A DNA stretch of 64,000 bases from Eledone cirrhosa (lineage: Eukaryota), in contig OZ024740.1 in the NCBI GenBank assembly GCA_964016885.1, forward strand, positions 64,790,001 to 64,854,000, given 5' to 3'. Below the pieces are notes generated by a model. The model was given only the letters and a program-made list of their open reading frames with translations. It ran no database searches and was not told the DNA's origin. Positions 38,299 through 51,452 of this stretch are shown here, piece by piece; position 1 is the stretch's first letter, and the number at the start of each line of letters is the position of its first letter. The position numbers and the translations under genes were made by a program.

Positions 38299-38672
38299 TA
38301 GGGCCTCTAGCCCCACTTTACACACCCCACACACACGCACGCACACACCTCCACTTATTCTCTCTCACACATACACACACAAAACCAGTTCTAACACCAG
38401 ATAACACCTACCCCCCACTTTTACGATTAGACCTATCTTCCCACACTCACACACACACATACCTACACCTTCATGCTTTCTCCCACACACATATACAGGC
38501 ACGCATATAAAATTTAAAAAACACAACAAAAACATAAACAAACCCCTCTTAAAGGGAGACTACTCTTTACCCACCTAATTTTAATTCTTTGATATTAAAG
38601 TTAGAACTCTATACTATTTCCGGTCAGCATGGCTTCATTGGAAATTTAAGACGCTGGTCTGAGACTTTTACT

Positions 38673-38710
38673 TCCCTCCGAAGAAGAGATATTATCTCGA
38701 AAATTAAGGA
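38673..38710 (+). ncRNA. Minimal HHR, CCGAAGA variant (3' pLTR)
   Basis: Same sequence as 35547-35584. Confidence 0.7.
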
Positions 38711-38822
38711 CATTTAAATAAATTCAAGGTGAAAGACGAATTCTCATCAATATCTCTCACTATTGCATTCTTTTTCTATGTCCATATCTGCATTGTCTTG
38801 GCCTTATTACACATATTCTAAC

Positions 38823-38996
<174 letters not shown>

Positions 38997-39038
38997 TAAA
39001 ATAACAGATTAAAGTTCAAGCAAAGAAATTTTTATTAT

Positions 39039-39091
<53 letters not shown>

Positions 39092-39529
39092 GTGCAGATA
39101 ATGAGGGTGTTTATCCGTGGAGTTTTCATTGTAACGCCGCGAGGATGAATCGGATTAAGCAATTCAAAAGCACTTTATGTCAGTAGTGTATTCCCAACGA
39201 AATGTTGGTGATTAGGTGTGGCGGAGTTCATATTTGCGAAATCTTGTTATGAGAGGGATACTTCTACATAATTGTTTTAATGCATAATATATATCGCAAT
39301 GGAATGGTTATGTAATGCATATATAATTGACAGTCTCCATGTGATATAATCAGATGCTCATATTATTATTTGTAGTTAAGGAAGTATGGTGATATGCCGC
39401 TGATAATGTATTGCCATCCTGGTATGATAAGAGTAAGCTTATTCTTGAAATATATATTATGCAATAAAACAATTATGTAAAAGTAACTATGTCTTAACAT
39501 TTCGTATATATATATATATATATATATAT

Positions 39530-41759
39530 AAGCAGATACAGCCGATGTTATAAAAGACACAGAAGAATACTGTCGAAAATTACGCTTAGGAGAATTCTTC
39601 CAGGGTGTACAATACGAGGAAGAATCACTGGTGAAAAACAAAAAGAAATTCACACCCCCGCTAAATAGAGATAAATACCTGGAGGAGTACATAACCTGCC
39701 TTCGCCGATCAGCACGTACAAATACGGCCGAGACGAAACACAAACGCAACATCCCTACAGACCAACTACTAGCATTGAACAAGCTACAAAGGGATTCCTC
39801 AATAATAATAAAAGAAGCAGACAAAGGTGGAGCAATCGTCATCATGGACATAAACCACTACAAAGATATGGTTCTAGCACACTTGAATGACGAAAACTTC
39901 TACAGGAAAATCACTAAAAACGAAGAAAGGAAATCGAGGAACCAAATAGGCAATCTAACAACAAAGTACCAAAACAACCTAACACCAAAAGAAGTAGATT
40001 ACCTAACCAACTTCGAAATGAAAACCAACAATTTCTATGGATTGCCAAAAATTCACAAATCCATAGAAATCCAAAACAACATAAAAGGGAAAAATACATC
40101 ATACATCGAAGCACCAAAACCGACAGACTTAAAATTACGCCCCATTATTGCTGGCCCAGCCTCAAGCACACAACGTCTAAGCAACCTATTAGACATCATA
40201 CTCAAACCCCTATGTAAAAAAGTTCCAAGCTACATCAGAGATGATATGGAATTCCTTAACTACATCACCCCAAAAGTACACCAGGATACAATCCTAGTCA
40301 GTTTTGATGTAATAAGCCTGTACACTAACATCCCACACGACCTAGGGATTGAAGCTTTGGACTTCTGGATTACAAAACACTCAAGTCACATTTCAGAAAG
40401 ATTCCCCAAAGAATTCATCTTGGAAGGACTTAAATTAGTATTGGAAAACAACCACTTCCTCTTTGACAACGAACTTTATCTACAAATAAAAGGAACAGCC
40501 ATGGGTACCAAAGTGGCCCCTACATATGCAAAGCTCGTTATGGGTCACTTAGAGGCAAAATTATATTCCCAACTACAGATAACATTCAGTCACGACTTCG
40601 CCTTCTACATTAATAAAAACTGGAAACGTTACCTGGAACAGAAGCCAAACAGACCTACACAAATTTTATTCGATCTTAAACAGGCTTCATGAAGCTATAC
40701 AATTCACTATGGAATGTAACGAAAAGGAACTGCCCTTTCTAGATATCCTCATCATTAAAGAAGGGGAAAATATCATAACGGACCTATTTTGCAAACCCAC
40801 TGACACACACCAATACTTAAATTTCCGGTCAGCACACCCCTCACATACGAAAAGGAACATTCCCTTCAACATGGCAAGGCGCATCTGCACTATAGCAACA
40901 CACCCCGTACTACAAGAAAAAAGATTATGTGACCTGAAAAAATTCCTTAAAAAACAAGAATACCCGATGAAACTCATCAATGCAGCCATCTCCAAGGCTA
41001 AGAACATCCCAATAACAACACTGAGAAAACCAAACCCACAACATAAAAAAGAAAACCCTGCTATCTCTTTTGTCATCACTCACAACCCAGGGAACGTCAA
41101 CATTGTAAAAACTGCTAAGCAGTATCTCCCGATTCTACAGCAATCTACCAAAATGAATGCACTTTTAAAAAACAAACAGATAATTTATACCAAACGCCAA
41201 GCACCCAACATTAAAAAACTAATTACCAAGGCAAAATTTACGACCAACATGGAATCAATGCAAGTGACGAAATGCGGGGACCCTAGATGTGGAACCTGTG
41301 AACTCATCGAAGAGGGCAAACAGTTGTCCTTCAAAAACCATGATCATTTCAAGGTCAATGCAAACATGAACTGCAAAACGAAAAACCTAATATATTGCGC
41401 AACATGTCCACAGTGTAAAGAGTATTATATTGGGGAAACCGGAACGGGACTACATGATAGAGTCCGGGTACATAAACAACAAATTAAAGACCCCACAGTC
41501 AGAAATACCACATGTAGCGCACATTTTGCATCATGCGGGAAGGGAAAATCACAATCTTCCCTTTCTTCAAGATATGGTCGGATAACGAACATTTCCGCAG
41601 ATATAAAGAAGAATTCTTCGTTGAAAAATTTAAACCACTACTGAACACGAAACTAAGAGTTGTTATTTCACAAATGATTTAAATATGTTAAAAATTCAAA
41701 ACTTACGGGAGCGATTTCATGACCTCCGTCACCTCGTGCGTCTTCTGCCATTATTCATT

Positions 41760-41762
<3 letters not shown>
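39530..41762 (+). pseudogene. 5'-truncated Neptune-like PLE (RT + Cys-rich linker + GIY-YIG), inactivated
   Basis: ADKGG, FYGLPKIHK, FDVISLYTNIP, GTAMG, WKRYL with DD missing, KCGDPRCGTC, NLIYCATCPQC..YIGET; (TA)n on both flanks. Confidence 0.9.
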
Positions 41763-41821
<59 letters not shown>

Positions 41822-42165
41822 ATGTATGTGTATGTATGTATGTGTGTATGTATGTGTTTGTATGTGTATGTGTATGTGTATATATAGTTATATATATATA
41901 TATATATATATATGAAAATTAGAGTTAAAACTCAATTGGAACCCTGTAACTATTAAGCTCTAAGTATAAATTATAAATAAATACTGAGCCGATTAATAAT
42001 ATATAGTAAGAAACACAGTAAACCGTGTGTCTAAAATTACAAGGGTTGAAAAACCACATATGTTTGAAATATTTAACCAAGAAGCAGACAGAATGATAAA
42101 AAAAAAAAAAAAATATTATTATAATACAAACCGCCTCAATAAACATTATATCTCTCGGACAGATT

Positions 42166-42231
42166 ATCCCTAATCTGTTTCGACCTGAGTGTGTTTGTAA
42201 CAGATAATCCTGGGCTTCATCAGCGAGAGAT
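42166..42231 (-). ncRNA. Type I hammerhead ribozyme (family C, copy 1, with substitutions)
   Basis: ATCTCTCG-CTGATGA-agccc..aggtc-GAAA-CAGATT-AGGGAT. Confidence 0.65.
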
Positions 42232-42652
42232 TCTGATTAAATGCCACAAACACTATTTGCCAACGTTCACACAGCAAGATGAATTTATCACCTCGTGCTC
42301 CGCCAGTCAAACGTGGTAAGCGTGTATTGAATAGAAATAACAGTCCAACACACACAACTTAATAAGCTCAACTTTTGAGGGAGCAGAAATATATATATGA
42401 AAATTAGAGTTAAAACTCAATTGGAACCCTGTAACTATTAAGCTCTAAGTATAAAGTATAAATAAATACTGAGCCGATTAATAATATATAGTAAGAAACA
42501 CAGTAAACCGTGTGTCTAAAATTACAAGGGTTGAAAAACCACATATGTTTGAAATATTTAACCAAGAAGCAGACAGAATGATAAAATAAAAATAAAAATA
42601 TATTATTATAATACAAACCGCCTCAATAACCATTATATCTCTCGGACAGATT

Positions 42653-42718
42653 ATCCCTAAACTGTTTCGCCCTGAGTGTGTTTGTAACAGATAATCCTGG
42701 GCTTCATCAGCGAGAGAT
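42653..42718 (-). ncRNA. Type I hammerhead ribozyme (family C, copy 2)
   Basis: ATCTCTCG-CTGATGA-aGCCC..GGGC-GAAA-CAG-TT-TAGGGAT. Confidence 0.75.
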
Positions 42719-43221
42719 TCTGATTAAATGCCACAAACACTATTTGCCAACGTTCACACAGCAAGATGAATTTATCACCTCGTGCTCCGCCAGTCAAATG
42801 TGGTAAGCGTGTATTGAATAGAAATAACAGTCCAACACACACAACTTAATAAGCTCAACTTGTGAGGGAGCAGAAATATATATATGAAAATTAGAGTTAA
42901 AACTCAATTCTGTCTGCTTCTTGGTTAAATATTTCAAACATATGTGGTTTTTCAACCCTTGTAATTTTAGACACACGGTTTACTGTGTTTCTTACTATAT
43001 ATTATATATATATATAGATATATATGTGTGTGTGTATATATATGTATATGTGTGTATGTGTCTTTATGTGTTTATGTGTGTATATATATATATATGTATG
43101 TGTGTGTGTATGCCTCTCTATATATATATATATAAGTGTGTATGTGTGTGTGTGTATGCATGTATGTGTGAACGGATGTATATATACGGACATATGTATA
43201 TATGTGTGTGTGTGTGTACAC

Positions 43222-43253
<32 letters not shown>

Positions 43254-44142
43254 ATATGTATATTTAGTTATGTATCTTTATGTGTGTATATATATGTATA
43301 TGTATGTATGTATATATATATATATATATACACCCATGTGGAGGTATGAGTACATATTCGTATGTGTACGTATGTGTATATGTGTTTTTATATGTGTTTT
43401 TATATGTTTTTATGTATGTATGTGGATGTATATGTACATGGGTGTGTGGTTGATGGTGTGTGCCTATATATTCCTACATATGCCCGTGTGTGTATGTACG
43501 TATATACGCACATATGTGTGTGTTGAACAAAGGACTAATTTTGGGATGGAAGTAGAAAAATCCTTCAGAAAAAAATAATTGTTTACAAGCTTGGCAGGTG
43601 CGGTCTGCCTATGACCATTTCCTAATACAAAGGAATACTAAAAGCTTTTTCCCCTGAATAAAGGAATTTTTCGAGAATGACCGGGGCAGGCCGCGCTTGC
43701 TACATTTCTCCCCACCCAACCCTACTCACTGTCTCAACTCATTACTGCTATTAACATTTTTTCAACACACCTACACCCTACACTTATTAAAGGGGGAGAA
43801 ACCCCCCCCCCCCACCGCACCACAAATATGTTAAATCCCTATATATAGAACAACACACCACATACACATCAGTTTGACAAGCACACCTCAGCGTGAAAGG
43901 TCTTTCTAAAAACGAAACAATACCTCCTACGTTAACCAAGAACTCCTAAGACCTAACCAACAACCAACGACTCAATTTATAAAAAAAAAAAAATTTTTTA
44001 TTTTTTTATTTTTTTCTAATCCGGAAAAAAATTCTTTTTGGATTTTGTGAAGAAAATAAATTTGTTGAAAGCACAAGCGAAGCCATTTTTTTCTTCCTCC
44101 CTGTCTTAATATACTTAACTGTACCAAGGATTACACACATTT

Positions 44143-44225
<83 letters not shown>

Positions 44226-46026
44226 CCTGAGTTCCTTCTCCTATTTTACACCTAGCACATAGACGTAACATATATTACGCAACCCCCACCTAGACATACC
44301 CCTCATTGACTATAGCTTCCCCCCAACCCATAACCCAGATAGATAGGTAGCCTAAGGGTGGAACAGTCCCCTACAAGGTTGGTGTTTGTGTGTGTGTATG
44401 TGTGTGTGTGTGTGTGTGTGTGTATTCTCCTTTTCTCTCTCTGACACACACACACACACACACAAACATGTGTATATATGTGTGCGCACGTGTGTGCATG
44501 CATGCATGCATGTGTGCGTGTATTGTATACATGTACATTGTATATATATGTATATTGTATACATGTGTATTATATTGTGTGTATGTGTATATGTGATATG
44601 TATGTGTATATATATATGTATGTGTATATGTGTATGTGTGTGAGTATGATATGTATATATGTGTGTATGTATGTATATTTTTTCTGTAGAAGTCTTCTCT
44701 ATATGTGGTGTTTGGCATGAATTCCTCCTATAATACTCTTCTTTGAGAGGAGCACGATATGTAGAGTAACATATATGTATTCTCGCAGTTGAAACTGAGA
44801 ACCACCACCCCTCCTGCTGACCCAAATGTTTACTGAGGACCAGAACACCATTCTCCACAATATAAGAGAGGATTGCGCTTGCCGGACTATTGATGACCAT
44901 AACATCACATTCCAAGGTAATGGCAAAACACAGTGAATGGTAAGCACGACCAGAACACCACAACATGCACATCGGAGCAACAGAGATATCATATCAATAA
45001 GCGAATCAATTGAATTTTTTTAGTTGAAATACATATAAATATGTGTCTGTGTGTATCGGACACACGTACACATAAGGAAACTGCTGACCTAAATGTACCT
45101 GTCATGCCTGTCTGAATTCCTAAGAGAATTTTCGGTCAGTTACTATCTTGACCGATTACCCTCACAATTACTACGTAGCGGTTATTGCACGTGACTGCTG
45201 GACCCGGATGAAACGAAGACGAAGAATTTCCTTGCGTACCGTTTTGTACCACAGATGTGATCTCACTCTGCCTCGTTAATGTTCAATCGACACCAAAGTT
45301 CTACGTTCGGGGCAATAGAATTGAATCCAACCACCGACAACATAGTTGGATGACCGATAATCACACCAAACCGGAGTACTGTGATCCTTGTAATTTCGAG
45401 ATATACAACCACTGACACTGTTACGAAGACCAGAAAACCATACTCCATAATATTGAACCAAGTGATTGATTTGTGCGACCAAAATAACACCACACACATA
45501 TTGAACTAGGAATATTGGATCCTCCGTCAATGTCAGGGTGAGCAAAAATAGAATTCTATCTGCATTGGAATTTACGAACTTGTGCATCTGCTGTGGTGTC
45601 AAAAACAAACGCACATGACCGCACAGATGAACAATGGACTATGCCACGTGGGTTGAACCTGCAAGTGAATTGAAGGATGTGTAACTCTGATATACAGATT
45701 ATTTATAATTAAGATGTATAAACTTGACATAACTATTATCATCTTATATTCTCTCAATTAATCACATTTGATTATATTTTTCTATCCCGTTTTCTCCCCC
45801 CATATTTATAATATTTTTATTTGAAAAAATCGGTTTTTTTACATTGTGTTTTTCCTTTTCTAATACTTGCTTATATTTCTTTATATATTCACTATATAAT
45901 TTTTTACATATATATTTTTTTATCTTTATTCTTATTTTCACTTTTATCCTCATTTTTATTTAACCTTATTCTTACTTTTATACCTTATTATAGTGTAATC
46001 TTCCCCATGCCTTATTATACATTCTT

Positions 46027-46160
46027 AGTTCAAATCCCGCCGAGGTTAACTTTGCCTTTCATCCTTACGGGGTCGATAAAATAAAGTACCAGTAATGCAC
46101 TGGGTAATTGCTGGCCTTGTGCCTAAAGTAGAAACAATTAATTATAGATTATTATTATTA
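46027..46160 (+). mobile_element. SINE, 5'-truncated
   Basis: B-box, core and (ATT)n tail as at 13372. Confidence 0.8.
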
Positions 46161-46470
46161 CTCTTTTTCCATTTCTAATTACGTCATGTACTTTCTCCTC
46201 CGTTATATATATATTGTATGCCCTTTGTGTGTGTGTAGACTCTGCACACCCTCTGCACCCTACTATCGACGCCACCCCATCTATGGCTCAACTAACCACT
46301 CGACTCCCGGGAATGAATATGACCACAGCTAGTAAACAAGGACCCACACCCCACCCTCCCGCACCAAAATTAGACTTATCGTCCCCTGCTTTTGCTCTTT
46401 ACTCTCTTTACTCTTTGTTCTTGAATGTTTGGTTGGTAGAGTCCATAACACCAATCAAACCCCTTTTATA

Positions 46471-46515
46471 GCTCTGACGAAGCCTACGGTTACGTAAGGA
46501 AGAAACATTGTAAGC
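46471..46515 (+). ncRNA. Minimal type I hammerhead ribozyme in a solo pLTR-like fragment (~46160-46560)
   Basis: GCT-CTGACGA-agCCTACG gtta CGTAaGGaa-GAAA-CATTG-TA-AGC, with (TA)n ~45 nt downstream. Confidence 0.8.
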
Positions 46516-47209
46516 CAATAAAAATCTTTTGATGTTGTAGACGCTCTTGTGTTCTTTATCATATATATATATATAGTTTTAATATAGTTGAGATGCTACA
46601 GGACTAGAAATGTTTCATTCTTTAGAAATCATCATGAATCTGGCTGTCCAAAATAAATGTTGTGGTATTTATATCTTTTCAGGTGGTAGGGGAGGGTGGG
46701 GAGTTGGATGGGTGGAGGTCATTGGTTGAAAGAAAAGAGAATTCATAAAAAGCTAATAATTCTTTAAGGCAATAATTTATATTTAGAGTGACAAAGGCAG
46801 AAAGAATTCTATAAACAAGTTCAAATTGGGGTTCCACTCCTTATTTTTAAGTTTCTCTTGAGCTAACAATTCCTATATTTCAGGAGTCTATAAGATGGTT
46901 GGGGGTCGGTCATGCTTGATGTATTTAAAGAAAAGGGAAATTCTTTAAAAGCTAATTCTTTAAAGGTCTATCTAGAGCGACAAAGCCCAAGAGAATTCTA
47001 TAAACCAGTTTAAATATTGGGTGCCTATCATTATTGTCATGTTTCTCTTAAGCTATATTTCAGGTGACAACAGACACATCCACATACACACATACACATA
47101 TATATATATATATAAATATACACATATACAAACATATAAAAACACATCTACACATATACATATATATACACATATATACACATATACATAAATACATAAA
47201 TACACATAG

Positions 47210-47257
<48 letters not shown>

Positions 47258-47306
47258 CAAGTAAGTTTGTTTTGAAACAGTGAGCAGGTTTGAAATTAGA
47301 AAATAG

Positions 47307-47495
47307 ATTAGCTTTCACAGTATTTATGACCAAAGAAATTTTAGCCTGATAATGGGGTTTTGAACCCTCATATAAATGGAAAAAGACGAGTATTGTACGA
47401 GTATTGTACGTCAATACTCGTCTTTTTCCATTTATCTGAGGGTTCTAAGCCCCATTATAAGGCTAAAATTTCTTTGGTCAAAAATACGGTGAAAG

Positions 47496-47500
<5 letters not shown>
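47307..47500. repeat. Inverted repeat with ~80-90 bp arms between (TA)n tracts
   Basis: 47307-47396 pairs with 47412-47500. Confidence 0.85.
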
Positions 47501-47556
<56 letters not shown>

Positions 47557-47559
<3 letters not shown>

Positions 47560-48046
47560 AGTTAATATAAATTAATATATTTGATAAACACAAATACCAA
47601 CATATCCGTGTTTGTATTGTAAACGACTAAGTTAGCTAGATTGAAAAATATTAATTATAATAATACAGTTTGCCTGTCTCGATTTAAAATAATAAATAAA
47701 AAAAACAAAGCATATTGGCAAATGGCAGTGGTGCTTGGACAAATTTAAATTTCAAAATCAAACCTGTTCCGTAGACAGGTTTAAACCATTTTTCGAAACT
47801 TATTTGGATTTTAAGGTTTAAACCTGTCTACGGAACAGGTTTGATTTTGAAATTTAAATTTGTCCAAGCACCACGGCCATTTGCCAATATGCTTTGTTTT
47901 TATTGATTTATGATTTAAAATCGAGACAGGCAAACTGTATTATTATAATTAGTATTTTTCAATCTAGCTAACTTAGTCGTTTACAATACAAACACGGATA
48001 TGTTGGTATTTGTGTGTATGAAATATATTAATTTATATTAACTTGT
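47557..48046. repeat. Inverted repeat with ~230 bp arms and a 27 bp spacer
   Basis: 47557-47788 is the reverse complement of 47816-48046 with a few substitutions. Confidence 0.9.
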
Positions 48047-48127
48047 ATTACACGGCTCAGAAATACTTCTTTCTTTGAGCTATTTCATTGTAAAGGACTG
48101 CCTGAGTTTTGAACACATTATTAATAG

Positions 48128-48165
48128 TATATATATATATATATATATGCACACACACACACACT

Positions 48166-48205
<40 letters not shown>

Positions 48206-48208
48206 TAC

Positions 48209-48239
<31 letters not shown>

Positions 48240-48308
48240 CATATATACAAATATATACATATATACATATAAATATACACATATACATACACATATATAC
48301 ACACACAC

Positions 48309-48363
<55 letters not shown>

Positions 48364-48430
48364 TATATATACACATACATACATATACACAAACACATAC
48401 ATAGATGTATATATATATATACATATATAT

Positions 48431-48500
<70 letters not shown>
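48128..48500. repeat. Compound (TA)n/(CA)n microsatellite
   Basis: Directly visible; similar tracts at 43000-43530, 49550-49910 and 50640-50960. Confidence 0.95.
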
Positions 48501-48506
<6 letters not shown>

Positions 48507-49125
48507 TTATTTGTATACACGCTTACACACACACACATATTTATATGTGCGCGGTTTTGTTTACCCATGGTAAGTTTTTGCGTATGCTTGTGTATGTACG
48601 TATTTGTTTGCGTGTATGTATTTATTTATTTCTATTACTTCTGTATTGTATTTATTTACTTTGTTTTTAACTCTGTAGCGGAGATTCATTTGGTCTCCAA
48701 GTTAGAATTTAGTCTACGACTTCTGCTATACCATTTACGTGGTTTTGTTTTTGCGTGCTATTGTTCTCCACGCTCCACATATGACGTATTATCTTCGTTT
48801 TTTTCGTTCATTTCCAGAGAACGTCTCTATGCACCACCTAAGAGAACATTAGTCTACGACCTCATTTATACCATAAACCTGGTTCTGTCTTTGCGCGTAA
48901 TTGTTTTTCACCGCTCCTATTAATGACGTATTATATTCGTTTTTTCCCGTTCTTAGCCAGCGAACGTTTCCACGAACCAAAGTATCGTCTTCCTGTCTTC
49001 CTCCGGTTGCAACGTTTTTTGAAATATCCAGTTCTGCGTTTACAGATTGACTTTGTTAGTTTCAGAAGGTCCCGTTAAGGGTGAAAGCAGCGATTCTTTG
49101 CTTAAACTTTAATCTGTTATTTTAA
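48500..49125 (+). mobile_element. Family A non-coding HHR element, second locus (HHR 49058-49108, core CAGAAGG)
   Basis: Collinear with ~225-848 and ends in (TA)n. Confidence 0.8.
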
Positions 49126-49193
49126 TATATATATATATATATATATAAATGAAAAGTATAGAAATTATTGTAGCAAGAAGCCAACAGTATTCC

Positions 49194-49257
<64 letters not shown>

Positions 49258-49325
49258 CAAGGTTTAGCAAATAATGAAAAAGTTTCAAAGTAAATTTTAA
49301 AAAATTGACTTTACCTACTATAGTT

Positions 49326-49408
49326 ACCTTTACCGATCGGTTTCGAATCCCCAAAATAAACGGAGGCCATACGGCCTTCGTTGCAAAGAAAGATTCTCGT
49401 CTGAAGGT
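49326..49408 (-). ncRNA. Type I hammerhead ribozyme, CAGACGA variant
   Basis: ACCTT-CAGACGA-GAATC..GATTC-GAAA-CCGATCGG-TA-AAGGT, with palindromic stem III. Confidence 0.85.
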
Positions 49409-49549
49409 TCTTTTCATTCGAAGAATATAACATTCTTGAATTTAAATTACGAACTAGCGCTATCCAAAACTTTGCATTTGGTTGGACAAAACATTGGCAT
49501 TTGGTTGGACAATACATGCGTCCCTTAGCGCCTTGTGCGTGAAAGAACA

Positions 49550-49647
<98 letters not shown>

Positions 49648-49912
49648 CACATATATACATATATATACATACATATACATATATACACATATATATACAC
49701 ATATATATATACATATATATATTTATACATGTACACATATACATACATGTACACATATACATACATATACACACATACATACACACATACATACAAACAC
49801 GCACATACACATATACATATACATACATATATACACACACATACATATACACACATAAACACATACATGCACATATATACACATAGATAACAAAAAATAT
49901 ATATATATACAT

Positions 49913-50509
49913 ATAAAATATTAAAAAAATAATGAATAAAACAATGAAACAGTTCCTTATATTAAACAAAAAAAGTTCATTATTTAACGATCGTTTCTAG
50001 GATATATATGTGTTAGAATTGGCATGCATATTCAACAGATCTATGTACAAAATTATACAAAATTATACAAACTATCAAAATTAAATATACATACCAACAC
50101 ATATATAAGCCGTCTTCAGAAATAATGAAATATATTTATTGATAATAACAACAATTCAAAATTACAGGTCTGTTTGGGAACAGAGTTCAAATTGACCAAT
50201 GAAAATACATTTTGTATTTTCATTGGTCAATTTGAACTCTGTTCCCAAACAGACCTGTAATTTTGAATTGTTGTTATTATCAATAAATATATTTCATTAT
50301 TTCTGAAGACGGCTTATATATGTGTTGGTATGTATATTTAATTTTGATAGTTTGTATAATTTTGTATAATTTTGTACATAGATCTGTTGAATATGCATGC
50401 CAATTCTAACACATATATATCCTAGAAACGATCGTTAAATAATGAACTTTTTTTGTTTAATATAAGGAACTGTTTCATTGTTTTATTCATTATTTTTTTT
50501 ATATTTTAT
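49913..50509. repeat. Near-perfect palindrome, ~297 bp arms and 3-nt loop, with an HHR in each arm
   Basis: Symmetric about 50211; I noticed one mismatch near the ends. Confidence 0.95.
50293..50446 (+). ncRNA. Hammerhead ribozyme with a 115-nt stem II (mirror copy at 49976-50129, minus strand)
   Basis: TTCATTATTT-CTGAAGA-[115 nt closed by TATATATGTGTTGG/CTAACACATATATA]-GAAA-CGATCG-TT-AAATAATGAA. Confidence 0.8.
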
Positions 50510-50728
50510 CTTGACTCTGTATTCCGTTTATCTTTCACCGAAAGTGATTTTTCATTGCATCTCTTCTTTCCATGATATCCGGATTACATTGAGTTCTTCA
50601 TACGGATTGGACACTACCGTAAACTCTTGGTAGATTTATCTACATATATATACATATATATACATATACACAAATATATATACACATATATATATATATA
50701 GATATATAAACATATGTACACATATACA

Positions 50729-50826
<98 letters not shown>

Positions 50827-50871
50827 TGTATGTATATATATATATACATATACACACATACACATATATAT

Positions 50872-50963
<92 letters not shown>

Positions 50964-50964
50964 T

Positions 50965-51402
50965 AAAAGAGAAAACACAGGTAAGCATTAAGAGAAGGAT
51001 TTTATCCAGGTATTTACGACCGTTTCATTGGTAAGTGCAACCTTATATTGCTATACTGCAAATAGCAGCCACTCAATTACAATTGTTGTTCACAGTCCAA
51101 ATTTTCAAAATAGTGAGTAAGTTACTCTTGAAATAATTCTTAATATATAGAGAAAAACATTTATTTGGAATTGTATTTACTAGTATAGAGAGAGAGGAAT
51201 CAGAAGGAGAGGGGACAAACGGAGAAGTATATATATAGAGAGAGAGAGAGAGGAAGGGGGAAGAGTTAGGTAGTAGAGTGAGAAACTGAGATGGAGGGAG
51301 GGGTAAATGTGGAAGGATTCCTTGATCAGTTTTGATATTCAGACTTCATGTCGTGGAATGTAGTGAGTTAAAGAGAATTAAATTGATCATAGTGGGAGGG
51401 AT

Positions 51403-51452
<50 letters not shown>

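Larger units (their letters stand above)
41912..43003 (-). mobile_element. Non-coding tandem HHR element, family C (485-487 nt monomers), with a terminal inverted fragment
   Basis: Unit boundaries at 41912, 42397 and 42884. 42908-43003 is an inverted copy of part of the unit. (TA)n flanks both sides. Confidence 0.85.

Noticed and set aside
42921-51034. Many [12 protein letters not shown] ORFs
   Set aside because: These are translations of (TA)n/(CA)n microsatellites, not genes.
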